Source: an uncultured virus (IMG/VR IMGVR_UViG_3300020183_000016) | Lineage: Duplodnaviria; Heunggongvirae; Uroviricota; Caudoviricetes | DNA: 63,740 bases | IMG/VR virus record: IMGVR_UViG_3300020183_000016 | Span: 62,001 to 125,740 of that record | Direction: 5' to 3' (one strand) | In this document: piece by piece, positions 30,800-41,111 of the stretch | Layout: each line of letters begins with the position of its first letter | Numbering within the stretch: the first letter of the stretch is position 1 | Translations under genes and position numbers: made by a program | The notes under the pieces: model-generated | What the model saw: only the letters and a program-made list of their open reading frames with translations | The model's database searches: none | Told to the model about the DNA's origin: nothing

Positions 30800-33615
30800 A
30801 AAGAATTTTAATTAATGAAAAACAATATAAAAGATTAGTTCATTTATTAAATGAGCAGCATATAATTTTTAGAAATAAAGAAGATGAGAAAGATACTAGT
30901 CATGAAATATTGGCTACATTAGTTTATTTAACAGGTATTTTTAAAGAAAAAAATATCAAAAAAGATATTTTTGTTGATAAGATAGAGGATGGTATTGTTT
31001 ATTTAGACGCTAAAGAATATACGTCAGAAGAAATTTCTATGATAGAAAAAGCTATTTCTGATTATATTAAATATGGTACTAACCCAAGAGACAAAATTTT
31101 AAAAAATGATTTAGGTTTTGATAGTGGTATAGATACTGATGGAGATAATGATATTGCAGATGTAGATTTAGATAATAATGATGTTGCAGATATAGAAGAT
31201 GATAGTGATGTTGCAGATATAGAAGATGATAGTGATGTTGCGGTTATAGAAGATGAGGATGAAAAAGTATATAAAGAAATAGAGGCGTGTAATTTCGGTA
31301 TTAATTCAAAAGGTAAAAAAAGAAAAGTGATATTACCTCCAGCTATGGACATTAGGTTTTATCAAGATATATTAAAAAAGTTAGGCACTAAAGTTACATG
31401 TCAAAAAATGTTATTCTTTTTTGCTTGGAGAGATGGTGAAAGTTCAGAGTCTACTTATAATCCATTCGCTACAACACATAAAGATAGTAAAAATGAAGGT
31501 TGTTACTATAATTGTTTAAAAAATGGTGTTGGGTATACACCTACTGATTGTAGAACTTGTCCATCTGGTACGGTTCCAGGTGTAAGGAATTATAAAACAT
31601 ATGATTCAGGTTTAAATGCCACAGTTGAAACATTAACCAACGGTAGATACCCCAATGTTGTTAGAAAATTAAAAAATGATAATATTACTGCATTAGAAAT
31701 TGCTTCAGAAAAATCGGAATTAAGAATTTGGGGTACAGGTGGTTTAGTGCATGATATACTTAGGTTAAATAATACCTTATTAGTAAATAGAATTGCAAAA
31801 CCTGATGGTAATACAATTGTTGAGGAAGATTGTACATTAACTACGAATGAATATAAATATTTTAAAGAACATATTCGTAATAAAAAAGAAGGGGATGCTT
31901 TCAGAAGATGGGTTAATTCAGATGAAACTAGATTAAATAATATTAATAGAAAATTATCTAATTGTGAAAAATTTAGTGGTTTAGAACTTTCTGGGGAGGT
32001 AAATGATTACGTTGAATTAGCATTTAAATATAAAGGAAAAGAATGGGTTAAATTAGGAAAACCTGGTGTTGGAGAAGAAGTAGTTGATAGTAAAAAAGAT
32101 ACGGAACTAAGAAATAAAATTATAAAGTATGCGGAAACTAAATTAGGTGAACCATACATATGGGGTAAAGAATTTGATGGTAAAGGGGGAGATTGTTCTG
32201 GTTTAATAGACAATGTTTTAAGAAATGTTCCAGGAATAACTTCACCTTATAATGGTAGAGAGACATCCGCAGTTTTAAAAAAATTAGTTTTAGGTAAAAA
32301 TGTTGGTAAGAAAAGTGGGCTTAAAAAAGGAGATATATTGGTATTCAACCCAAGAGCGGGAGGAAAAATAGGTCACGTAGGTTTTGTGCATAACGTAAAT
32401 AATGATGGGACTGTGGATATGATACATGCGAGTTCAGGTAATGGGGTTATAGTACAAAAAAATATATTTAAAAGTGGGTTGGCTAAAAGATATTACGGGG
32501 CGTTACCGATAGTAAATGGTAGATACGAATCATCAAGTAGTGGGAATCTTGGTAGTAAAAGTGATGATTATGAAAGTCCTGATAGTAGGAATGATGAGAA
32601 TGATTGCCCTAACTACGATTGCTGGACATATTTTGGTAAAGAATCCTTTTGGGATGGTAAAAATAAAGTAAATAATATTACTGTACCTAAAATTACAATA
32701 AAAAAATCAACGGATTTATTTAAGATAACATATAAAGGTGTACGTTCAGGATTATTACTGAAACATGGTAATGGAGGTAAAAATGATACCATACACCAAC
32801 TTTTAAATGTATTAACATTAGAGTTAAATAAATACTTAAAAGAAAATTATTTAAAACCTGTAGTTAAATCGATTAAAATGAATTTAGTTGGTAATAGTTT
32901 AACAGTTGAGGTACCATTGGTAAATTCAGTAAATAAAAAATATATAATTGATAGAAGGGGATCTTTAGGTGGAAAAATAGATGATAGTGGACTTAAAAAA
33001 TATGAAAATATGGATGGTTATGAAGTTGCTACACATGTATCTGATGATTTAAAAGAAAAATTTGTAACTGTAATAACTTCAAAAGAAGAAGAGAACAAAC
33101 CTCCTAAAGTAATTACCCAACCTAAAAAGGGATCTAAAATTACTATTCCTACAAAAGCAAGATTAACTTCAGCACCAACGGCAAATAGATGGGGTAGACC
33201 ACATCATGGTTATGATATAGTTGGGCCTTATTCTGGATATAAATGTTTAATAGTATGTAATAAACCAGGAGTAGTTACTTATGCGGGACGATGTGGTGGG
33301 TATGGTAATTTAGTAGAAATACGTCATAATGATGGAACATATTCTGCATATGCTCACTTACACAAAATTTATCTTGTAGGAGGTCAAAAAGTAAATATTG
33401 GTGTTGTTATAGGTATTGAGGGTAATACGGGAGGATCTATGGGTAGACATTTACATTTTGAGGAAAGAGTTAAAAGACCTAAAGGTAAAAAGAATAGATG
33501 TGGTGAAGGGTCACCATATAATGAGGTAATTGGTTATATAAATAAACAAGGTAAAAGTTTAGTTAAACCAGTTAGTAATCTAAATAATTACTTTTATTTT
33601 CAAGAATTAGGATGA
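30796..33615 (+). CDS. Multi-domain peptidoglycan hydrolase: lysozyme-like + NlpC/P60 + M23 peptidase
   Basis: AWRDGE..YNPFATT..GVRNY; LGEPYIWG..GDCSG..GHVG..MIHAS; HHGYDI..GYGN..YAHL..GNTG..HLHFE. Confidence 0.85.
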   Translation: MKRILINEKQYKRLVHLLNEQHIIFRNKEDEKDTSHEILATLVYLTGIFKEKNIKKDIFVDKIEDGIVYLDAKEYTSEEISMIEKAISDYIKYGTNPRDKILKNDLGFDSGIDTDGDNDIADVDLDNNDVADIEDDSDVADIEDDSDVAVIEDEDEKVYKEIEACNFGINSKGKKRKVILPPAMDIRFYQDILKKLGTKVTCQKMLFFFAWRDGESSESTYNPFATTHKDSKNEGCYYNCLKNGVGYTPTDCRTCPSGTVPGVRNYKTYDSGLNATVETLTNGRYPNVVRKLKNDNITALEIASEKSELRIWGTGGLVHDILRLNNTLLVNRIAKPDGNTIVEEDCTLTTNEYKYFKEHIRNKKEGDAFRRWVNSDETRLNNINRKLSNCEKFSGLELSGEVNDYVELAFKYKGKEWVKLGKPGVGEEVVDSKKDTELRNKIIKYAETKLGEPYIWGKEFDGKGGDCSGLIDNVLRNVPGITSPYNGRETSAVLKKLVLGKNVGKKSGLKKGDILVFNPRAGGKIGHVGFVHNVNNDGTVDMIHASSGNGVIVQKNIFKSGLAKRYYGALPIVNGRYESSSSGNLGSKSDDYESPDSRNDENDCPNYDCWTYFGKESFWDGKNKVNNITVPKITIKKSTDLFKITYKGVRSGLLLKHGNGGKNDTIHQLLNVLTLELNKYLKENYLKPVVKSIKMNLVGNSLTVEVPLVNSVNKKYIIDRRGSLGGKIDDSGLKKYENMDGYEVATHVSDDLKEKFVTVITSKEEENKPPKVITQPKKGSKITIPTKARLTSAPTANRWGRPHHGYDIVGPYSGYKCLIVCNKPGVVTYAGRCGGYGNLVEIRHNDGTYSAYAHLHKIYLVGGQKVNIGVVIGIEGNTGGSMGRHLHFEERVKRPKGKKNRCGEGSPYNEVIGYINKQGKSLVKPVSNLNNYFYFQELG
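31180..31257 (+). repeat. 27-nt tandem repeat encoding acidic linker DVADIEDDS
   Basis: gatgttgcagatatagaagatgatagt x2 plus a degenerate third copy. Confidence 0.8.
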
Positions 33616-33995
33616 CAAATAAAAAATACGGAGGAGTTTTATTGATAGATATTAGAACCAATTCCTTTTTACTTAGTCAAAGAGGAAAAAATACTTCTTT
33701 TGCAAATTCTTGGTCGTTATTTGGTGGTACAATAGAAAAAGATGAAGATGTCTTAGATGGAGTTAAAAGAGAATTAGAAGAAGAAACAGGTATTAAATCT
33801 GAGGATATAATATTTAAACTATTTGAGGAACAAATTACTATGGGACACACGTATTATTTTTTTATAGGTTTTTGTGATGGTATGAAAAAATGTAAATTAA
33901 ATGATGAAAATCAAAATTGGGGTTGGTTTACTATGGAAAATTTACCAAAACCACTTTTTCCTACACTTTATTCTTCACTAGTTAGAATTTTTTAA
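33612..33995 (+). CDS. Nudix hydrolase
   Basis: GGTIEKDEDVLDGVKRELEEETG Nudix box. Confidence 0.9.
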   Translation: MTNKKYGGVLLIDIRTNSFLLSQRGKNTSFANSWSLFGGTIEKDEDVLDGVKRELEEETGIKSEDIIFKLFEEQITMGHTYYFFIGFCDGMKKCKLNDENQNWGWFTMENLPKPLFPTLYSSLVRIF

Positions 33996-34008
33996 TTATA
34001 ATTATAAT

Positions 34009-34200
34009 ATGGATGAATTTAAAAAAATAGAATCTGATATACAATTAGAAAAATTAAAAACTGAACTTAAAAAAGAAAAATTCATAAAGGACATCAAAAA
34101 TGGATTAGGTGAACACATTAAGATTAATGGTAGTAATGTAAAAAAAATAAAAAAATCGTTTATAAGACGTACTTGGGAGAAGTTTTTAAAAGTATTTTAA
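34009..34200 (+). CDS. Hypothetical protein
   Basis: 63-aa ORF in operon. Confidence 0.6.
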   Translation: MDEFKKIESDIQLEKLKTELKKEKFIKDIKNGLGEHIKINGSNVKKIKKSFIRRTWEKFLKVF

Positions 34201-34201
34201 T

Positions 34202-34423
34202 ATGAATTTAGAAAAAGTTTTAGAAATCGCAAATGAATGCGTAGAAAATGAATTAATACCTACCGAAAATTTAACTATTTCGTATAAGTTAGATAAAGAT
34301 ACTCATAAAAAATTAGATAAAGAATTATTTTATAATACAAATAATAACCTAACTAATTTTGTACACAACGATTTAATAGAAATTAATATTGCGGGAATTA
34401 CTTTTGTATTTGAAATAGAGTAA
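34202..34423 (+). CDS. Hypothetical protein
   Basis: 73-aa ORF in operon. Confidence 0.6.
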   Translation: MNLEKVLEIANECVENELIPTENLTISYKLDKDTHKKLDKELFYNTNNNLTNFVHNDLIEINIAGITFVFEIE

Positions 34424-34467
34424 TTTGACATTCCTTAAAAAAATCCATATTATTAGAAAAAAAATAT

Positions 34468-35478
34468 ATGGAAGAAAACAATACATACAAAGATTTTATG
34501 GATTATCTCTTAAATGATGATAAAGAAACCTATGATAATGGTTTGTCTCATCCTAGCGTTGAATCGGAAGAAAAAGAACGTAAAGTAGTAGATGAGATAT
34601 TAGAAAGTAGAATGATAGAATATTATTGTTGTGATAGATTTTATGGTAACGAAAAATTAGTTTGTGATAATATTAAGAAATTAAGTAGTTGGGTTTGTGA
34701 TGAAGATGGACTTAATATGAAAGAAAATATTAATTTCATTTTAAAAGATATAGTTCAGTGTGAAAATTTAAATCACTTATATCAGAAACCATTAGGGTAT
34801 TTACATAGAACAGTAATCATTAACGATATCATAAAAAAGTCAGATGGGACTTATTATAGTCAAAAATTAAATAATTGTTGTTTGGTAAAGAACAACGATG
34901 GTGAATGGAGTTATGTAAACAAATTAAATACTAATTATAGTGATTTAGCGGAACTATTAACCACTTTATTCATCAAAGGTGGGCAGATAGAAAAACTATC
35001 TAAAATGAATAGTACTGAAATAAAAAAATTCTTGTTGACGTTAAAAGGTGAGACATTGACAAAACTATTACAGAAATATTTTACATTGGATGAGTATGAA
35101 GATTATACTTACAACACAAAAAATAATACTAAAATTGGTGATTTTGTAGAAAATTTAACAAAAGAATTATTACAGGAAGATGGATTTACTTCATTATATG
35201 AAGGATGTAATGGTAATTTTATTGATATGATATATGGTGTTGATCTTATTATGGAAAAGGATGGCGAAATATATTTAGTTCAAGTAAAAAGAAGATCATC
35301 TGTTGCCAAACAAAGTACTACCAACATTAAATATAGATATATAGATATTTTTGCAGGTGAATCACCAGATTATAATGGTATTATGTTATATAATAGACAT
35401 GAAAAGTTTGTCGAAAAATTTATGGGTAGAAATGTTCTTAAAAAGAATATGGATTATTTAAAAGAAATGTATAAATAA
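34468..35478 (+). CDS. Protein with C-terminal PD-(D/E)XK-like nuclease motif
   Basis: GDFVE...DMIYGVDLIMEKDGEIYLVQVK. Confidence 0.55.
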   Translation: MEENNTYKDFMDYLLNDDKETYDNGLSHPSVESEEKERKVVDEILESRMIEYYCCDRFYGNEKLVCDNIKKLSSWVCDEDGLNMKENINFILKDIVQCENLNHLYQKPLGYLHRTVIINDIIKKSDGTYYSQKLNNCCLVKNNDGEWSYVNKLNTNYSDLAELLTTLFIKGGQIEKLSKMNSTEIKKFLLTLKGETLTKLLQKYFTLDEYEDYTYNTKNNTKIGDFVENLTKELLQEDGFTSLYEGCNGNFIDMIYGVDLIMEKDGEIYLVQVKRRSSVAKQSTTNIKYRYIDIFAGESPDYNGIMLYNRHEKFVEKFMGRNVLKKNMDYLKEMYK

Positions 35479-35526
35479 ATTTGTAATTAAAAAATTTATT
35501 CTATCTTTGTAGAAAATAATATTATT

Positions 35527-36153
35527 ATGGGTTGTGATGTTCATATGTATGTAGAAAGAAAAAATTCCGAAACTAATCGATGGGAAATGGTTGGTAATGA
35601 ATTTATCGATGAATATCCATTAGAAATGGCAATAAAATATATGAATCATAATTTAGGTTTAGATGTAGATGAATGTGAGTTAATTTTAAAAAAATATTTT
35701 AATGGTGGAAAACCCTCTAATAAAATAGAAGAATTTGTTTTTAATAAATTTTTTGTAGATTTATTTTCTGATGACGGAGAAGAAATCTACATTAAAAAAA
35801 CTAAACTAAGTGATCCTAGAACATGTCAACCATATAGCGGTAGAAACTACGGATTATTTGGTGTATTGGCGGGGGTAAGAGATTGTAGTAGAGATATGAT
35901 TACTGGTGATCTTAGAGGATTACCTTATGATGTATCTGAAAAAATTTTAGAACTTAGTAATGAATGGGATATTGATGGTCATTCACATAATTATATTTAT
36001 CTGAATGAAATTTTAGATTCTTCTTATTATAAGATGAGTGAAAAAGAATTGGAGGAAGAGGGGTTCACTTATTTTTTCAGAACAGTAGTAAATGATTTAC
36101 TTGAAATAGGTAATCCAGATAATTTGAGATTAGTATTTTGATTCGATAATTAA
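35527..36153 (+). CDS. Conserved phage protein (MGCDxH...RNY..GVR..RGLP..HSH family) with TGA 4 codons before the expected end
   Basis: Ends GTA TTT TGA TTC GAT AAT TAA = VF*FDN; the family as I recall it ends VFWFDN. Confidence 0.7.
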
Positions 36154-36232
36154 AAAAAAATTATTTTTTTTAAAAAATATTTGACTTTTTAAAAAATTGT
36201 ATATAAATTTGTATTCAGAAACAGAAAAAGAT

Positions 36233-37645
36233 ATGGAAACACAATTGACTAATATTGAAAAAGAAAATGTAACGTTAACTGATAATGGTATGGTTACTAA
36301 TCCAACAACACTTAATAAGTGTGTTGATTTATTTTTCTCTATTGGATCAATGAGAGGAAAATCAAAAGATAAAGTAACTAAAATGTTTAGTGAAGCATTT
36401 TTAGAGAATCCTTTAATTTCCACAAAAATTCTTTTTTGGGTTAGAGACGTTAGAGGTGGTGCGGGTGAAAGACAAGTTTTTAGAGACATTATACAATATT
36501 TGTCTACCAATTCCCCACAAACATTGAAAAAAAATATTAACCTTATTCCTGAATTTGGTAGATGGGATGATATTTTAATCCTTTTAGGTACTGAATTAGA
36601 AAATGATATGTTTGATACAATCAAAACTGCGTTGACTAACGGTAATGGGTTATGTGCAAAATGGATGCCTAGGAAAGGTGAAGATGCGAATAGACTTAGA
36701 AAACTATTTAAATTGACACCTAAACAATATAGAAAAATGTTAGTTGACTTAACTAATGTTGTTGAAACTAAAATGTGTTCTAAGGATTGGGAATCTATTG
36801 ATTACTCTAAATTACCTTCTTTGGCATCTTCCAGATATCAAAAATCATTTAAAAGAAATGATACTGTTAGATATGAAGAATATAAAACCGCATTAATCGA
36901 AGGGACTGCTAAGGTAAACGCTGGAGCAGTGTATCCATACGATATTATTAAATCTATGAGATATGGTGGGGATCATGTTGTTAACAATAAACAATGGGAA
37001 TCACTACCTAATTTTATGGAAGGTTCTTCTGAAAGAATATTACCAGTGGTAGATGTTTCAGGCTCTATGAGTTGTGAAGTGGGTGGAAATCCAAACCTAA
37101 CTTGTATGGATGTGGCAGTATCATTGGGTATGTATATTTCAGAAAGAAGTGAAGGAAACTTTAAAGATGCATTTATTACATTCTCAGAAGATCCACAACT
37201 ACAATATTTAAAAGGTAGTTTAAATCAAAGATTAAAACAATTACTTAGTGCTGATTGGGGTATGAGTACTAATTTAGAAAAAGTATTTAGTTTAATACTT
37301 ACACAGGCTAAGAAAAATAACATATCTGAGGATATGATGCCAACTAAAATATTGATTTTATCGGATATGCAGTTTAATGCGGCTACATATAGGAGTAATA
37401 CCTCTCAAAATATGATTGAGAGTATGTATGAAGAGGCTGGTTATAAAAAACCTGATATTATTTATTGGAATTTAAATGCGAAAGGTGGTAACTTTCCAGT
37501 TGAGTTCGATAAAGAAGGTACGGCATTGGTATCAGGATTTAGTCCGTCAATTCTTAAATCCTTATTAGGTGGTAAGAATATGACACCAGAATCCATATTG
37601 ATGGATACTGTAAATGATGAAAGATATAGTTTAATAACTATATAA
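36233..37645 (+). CDS. DUF2828-family TROVE/Ro60-like protein with C-terminal vWA domain
   Basis: RDVRGGAGER, EFGRWDD, LCAKWMPR, VVDVSGSM (MIDAS), WGMSTN, ILSDMQF, IIYWNL, LVSGFSP. Confidence 0.85.
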   Translation: METQLTNIEKENVTLTDNGMVTNPTTLNKCVDLFFSIGSMRGKSKDKVTKMFSEAFLENPLISTKILFWVRDVRGGAGERQVFRDIIQYLSTNSPQTLKKNINLIPEFGRWDDILILLGTELENDMFDTIKTALTNGNGLCAKWMPRKGEDANRLRKLFKLTPKQYRKMLVDLTNVVETKMCSKDWESIDYSKLPSLASSRYQKSFKRNDTVRYEEYKTALIEGTAKVNAGAVYPYDIIKSMRYGGDHVVNNKQWESLPNFMEGSSERILPVVDVSGSMSCEVGGNPNLTCMDVAVSLGMYISERSEGNFKDAFITFSEDPQLQYLKGSLNQRLKQLLSADWGMSTNLEKVFSLILTQAKKNNISEDMMPTKILILSDMQFNAATYRSNTSQNMIESMYEEAGYKKPDIIYWNLNAKGGNFPVEFDKEGTALVSGFSPSILKSLLGGKNMTPESILMDTVNDERYSLITI

Positions 37646-37648
37646 GAC

Positions 37649-37659
37649 GTTCTTTGAAA
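37649..37659 (+). promoter_or_regulatory. boxA-like antitermination element preceding RNA genes
   Basis: GTTCTTTGAAA here and at 44585-44595 (before tmRNA); GTTCATTGACAT at 58760-58771 (before the tRNA island). Confidence 0.6.
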
Positions 37660-37667
37660 AAAGTATT

Positions 37668-37822
37668 TGTGGTAGTTAAGGAATAATTGCAGCAAAATTT
37701 AAAACTATAATTTAAGCTACATGGATCAGGGCTCGATAACCCTCCTAACTACAAGGGTGTAAACCGTGAAAGCGGGGGACCACTCACGGTTAGGTAAAGT
37801 GTCAAACGATTCCGATACCACA
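37668..37822 (+). ncRNA. Structured ncRNA 1 downstream of the Ro60-like gene (candidate Y-like RNA)
   Basis: Ends pair (tgtggta/taccaca; ggaat/attcc); TGCAGCAA follows inner stem; internal hairpin aaccgtga/tcacggtt. Confidence 0.55.
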
Positions 37823-37832
37823 TTATTATTTA

Positions 37833-38158
37833 GGTGTACTGGATTGGGAATTAACAAATTCCCTTTAAGTCCAATAAACGAATGGTTTCTGCAATTTTTT
37901 ACAATTCTAGAAACAGTTAAACGCGGGTTTTACCACTTTACCCCAAAAAAGTTATAAAGTGGCGACCATAGGTGAGTTTAAACGTGAGAAATTCTCACAC
38001 TTTAGGCCGAAAAACATACCTCTTGGTTATCACAAGTAAAAAAAGATAGTTGGATTCGTCTCAACTAAAAAAAAGACACCCGAACCAGAATGGGTTAATA
38101 ATAATTGGAGTGGGTACTATACCACTTAAAATACCACAGGACCACCATTCCGACACCA
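37833..38158 (+). ncRNA. Structured ncRNA 2 downstream of the Ro60-like gene (candidate Y-like RNA)
   Basis: Ends pair (ggtgt/acacc; gaatggt/accattc); TTCTGCAA follows inner stem; several hairpins (gtgaga/tctcac, ccacttta/taaagtgg, tagttg/caacta). Confidence 0.55.
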
Positions 38159-38164
38159 ATATTT

Positions 38165-38190
38165 AAGGGAAGAGAAATCTTCCCTTTTTT
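38165..38190 (+). terminator. Intrinsic terminator
   Basis: aagggaaga-gaaa-tcttccctt plus T run. Confidence 0.85.
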
Positions 38191-38263
38191 ATTTTATAAT
38201 GTTTACACTTTAAATTAATTTCAGTAACATTGATTATAATAACAAAGTTAAGAAATTATATGT

Positions 38264-38737
38264 ATGAAAATTGTTACTAAAAACATTAAATTAGAAAAAG
38301 GTGAAAGACATTATCTAGTTTATGTTATGGATGATAACGATAATCCAATTGAATGTAAAGACGCTATCGGAGAAGAAGATAGATTAGAAAATGAAAATGA
38401 ATTAAGTAAAGAATATGGGATAACAACTGAAAATGTTTACTATGTTTCTTTAGATAAGTTTAAAAGTCAAAATAATAAATACACCCCTTTAATATTAGTA
38501 TTCTATTTACAAAGAGATCTATTTGGGAATAGAGAAATGATCGAGACTTACGGTGATAGTGTAAGAAAATATTTAGAAAATAAAGGGGATGATGTGAGAT
38601 TATTCTTTATACCTACTGATGATAAAGAAGAAATAAAATGTATTAACCCTGTTTATATTGATGACAATAATGAATTGGATAGACTAAACGATATCATAGA
38701 AGATATCAGTAATAAGTTTCAGGTTGGTGTTGAATAG
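38264..38737 (+). CDS. Hypothetical protein
   Basis: 157-aa ORF. Confidence 0.7.
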   Translation: MKIVTKNIKLEKGERHYLVYVMDDNDNPIECKDAIGEEDRLENENELSKEYGITTENVYYVSLDKFKSQNNKYTPLILVFYLQRDLFGNREMIETYGDSVRKYLENKGDDVRLFFIPTDDKEEIKCINPVYIDDNNELDRLNDIIEDISNKFQVGVE

Positions 38738-39388
38738 CTAGGGACGGGTGGATGATCGATAAGTTTTATTTATTGTCCATCCTGTTTTTTCTACAATCCT
38801 TTTATATGTTTTAGTCCTATTTTTTCTATTAATAGAACCAGTGAAAAGAATATTTTTCACTTTATTAGTTTCACAAAATTCCACCAAAACTTTATATAAT
38901 CTTTTAGTATCGTAAGAATTTTTACAAATCACAATATCAAAATCAGAATTTTGATGTATTAAAAGTTTATTATTAATATAATTTATTTGTTTAATATTAT
39001 CTTCTTTGGCTTTATTAAGGATAAAAAACTTTAATACTTTTTTAGTGTCCATTCTTTCTTTATAACCATAAACACTAAATTTTTCCTCATAAAAATATTC
39101 TGATTTATGAATCAGACTCCATTTATCACTATTCAATTTTATAGGTATAGTTCTACCTAAATCATCCCTATCAAAGTAATCGGTATCAGATTCCTCTTTC
39201 TCTTTCAATAAAAGTAACTCATAAATAACTGGAGTTACCTTCTTATATGCGTTATTTTTTTTTGGTAATAAAACTTTATTTTTATCTTTTGTTTTAAAAT
39301 ATTTTTCTTTTGCACTACTTTCATTACTACCTTCATATAGTATTTTTCTTTTTTTACCATTCTGTGTAATTATAATTCTGTAACGCAC
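38738..39388 (-). CDS. Hypothetical basic protein
   Basis: 216-aa ORF, GTG start, convergent with previous gene. Confidence 0.65.
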   Translation of the reverse strand: MRYRIIITQNGKKRKILYEGSNESSAKEKYFKTKDKNKVLLPKKNNAYKKVTPVIYELLLLKEKEESDTDYFDRDDLGRTIPIKLNSDKWSLIHKSEYFYEEKFSVYGYKERMDTKKVLKFFILNKAKEDNIKQINYINNKLLIHQNSDFDIVICKNSYDTKRLYKVLVEFCETNKVKNILFTGSINRKNRTKTYKRIVEKTGWTINKTYRSSTRP

Positions 39389-39443
39389 GACTTTATTTTC
39401 TAAATAAAAATACTTATACTTTATAAAAAATAAATATAAAATA

Positions 39444-40439
39444 ATGAATAAAGACTATTATGGAGTTTTAGGTGTTAGTAAAAATGCGGATGAATCTGAA
39501 ATAAAAAAAGCGTATAGAAAGTTATCTAAAGAATATCATCCAGATTTAAATCCTGATAATAAAGAGGCGGAAGAAAAATTTAAAAGTATTGCCGAAGCAT
39601 ATTCGGTATTATCTGATAAAGAAAAAAAATTAAATTACGATAGATTTGGTAGTGCAGATGGTAAAACAAATCCATTTGCAGGAATGAATATGAATGACAT
39701 ATTTTCTTCCTTCTATGGTAATATGAATAAAAGAAAGATAAAGGGTGGTGATATTAGACTTAATGTGAAACTAACGTTAGAAGAAATGTATAATGGAGTT
39801 CAAAAGAAAGTAATCTATAAAAAGTTATCTAAATGTGAACCTTGTGGTGGAAAAGGTGGCGAAACAATTAAATGTGGTACTTGTGATGGTATTGGTATGG
39901 TAACTCAAACACAAAATACACCTTTTGGTCAAATACAAAGTAATATACAATGTCCATATTGTTCAGGTACTGGATCAATCATAACTAAAAAATGTGATAC
40001 TTGTTATGGTAAGGGAGTAAATCAAAGTAACGTCCCGTTTGAGTTTGATTTACCTAAAGGTATTATGGATGGTGAAATGTTGAGAGTTTTTGGGATGGGT
40101 AATTCAGTTAGGAATGGCGTTGAGGGTGATTTATTGATTAACGTAGTTGAAATCCCACACGAAAAATTTAAAAGGGTTGGGATGGATTTACACCAAAAAA
40201 TAAACCTGTCTTATAAAGATTTAGTATTAGGTAACGATTCAGTTGAAGTTGACACTATGGATAACAAAATACGATTTAAAATAAATTCTGGAACTAAGGT
40301 GGGTACAATGTTAAGGGTACCTAATAAAGGTTTTGTGAGAGATAATGTAAACGGTGATATGTTATTAGAAATATGGTTAGATATCCCTACAAATGTAGAT
40401 GAAGATGAAAAAGAAAAAATAAATTCACTAAAAATTTGA
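39444..40439 (+). CDS. dnaJ: DnaJ chaperone
   Basis: J-domain with HPD, four CxxCxGxG repeats, C-terminal substrate-binding domain. Confidence 0.95.
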   Translation: MNKDYYGVLGVSKNADESEIKKAYRKLSKEYHPDLNPDNKEAEEKFKSIAEAYSVLSDKEKKLNYDRFGSADGKTNPFAGMNMNDIFSSFYGNMNKRKIKGGDIRLNVKLTLEEMYNGVQKKVIYKKLSKCEPCGGKGGETIKCGTCDGIGMVTQTQNTPFGQIQSNIQCPYCSGTGSIITKKCDTCYGKGVNQSNVPFEFDLPKGIMDGEMLRVFGMGNSVRNGVEGDLLINVVEIPHEKFKRVGMDLHQKINLSYKDLVLGNDSVEVDTMDNKIRFKINSGTKVGTMLRVPNKGFVRDNVNGDMLLEIWLDIPTNVDEDEKEKINSLKI

Positions 40440-40495
40440 TTTTTTGAAAATAAATAAATATTATTGTTCACTATTAATTAAAAATTTAAAACATT

Positions 40496-40921
40496 ATGGC
40501 AAAATTTGAAGAAGTCTTTGAAGACACATTAGAATTATTTCAAAAACACATTGATGAGAGTTCTATCCCTAAATTCCTTAAAATTAAAATTTTATCGAAT
40601 AACAATCTTAAAAAAGATTTTGGTATAGTTAGTAAGTCACAAGACATTGTGAAGTACATGACTGACTATGACATCATCATTCAGGTTAATGAACCTATAT
40701 TCGATCAATTAGAGGATACACAAAAAGAGTATATCGTTAATGATCTTTTGGCTCAGATTGTTTATGATATGGATAAAGATAAAGTTAGTATAGTTAAACC
40801 AGATGTTAATACATTTAGTGGTGTGTTAAGAAAATACGGTATCGACACTTACCTATCGATTAAAGAAAGTATTTCTGTACTTTTAGAACAAAAACAAATT
40901 GAGGAAGATGCAGTTAGATAA
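40496..40921 (+). CDS. Hypothetical protein
   Basis: 141-aa ORF. Confidence 0.7.
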   Translation: MAKFEEVFEDTLELFQKHIDESSIPKFLKIKILSNNNLKKDFGIVSKSQDIVKYMTDYDIIIQVNEPIFDQLEDTQKEYIVNDLLAQIVYDMDKDKVSIVKPDVNTFSGVLRKYGIDTYLSIKESISVLLEQKQIEEDAVR

Positions 40922-41111
40922 TAGTAACGGTATTAATAAACTAGCCACAGATCCAAATTTAACTACACAAGAAAAGAATTGGGAGTTAATGAGTGTTTTG
41001 GGGATGAAATGGTCAGAAACCGTAAATCTTAGTGATGAAGATAGAGATTTCTTACTAACTAAAGTAGAAAGAATAAAAGTTCATATTGAAAATAGTAGAA
41101 AATTACAATGA
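40908..41111 (+). CDS. Hypothetical protein
   Basis: Short ORF coupled to both neighbours. Confidence 0.55.
   Translation: MQLDNSNGINKLATDPNLTTQEKNWELMSVLGMKWSETVNLSDEDRDFLLTKVERIKVHIENSRKLQ

Noticed and set aside
37766..37957. 63-aa GTG-start ORF after DUF2828
   Set aside because: Overlaps the hairpin-rich ncRNA units, with atypical composition; better explained as non-coding.
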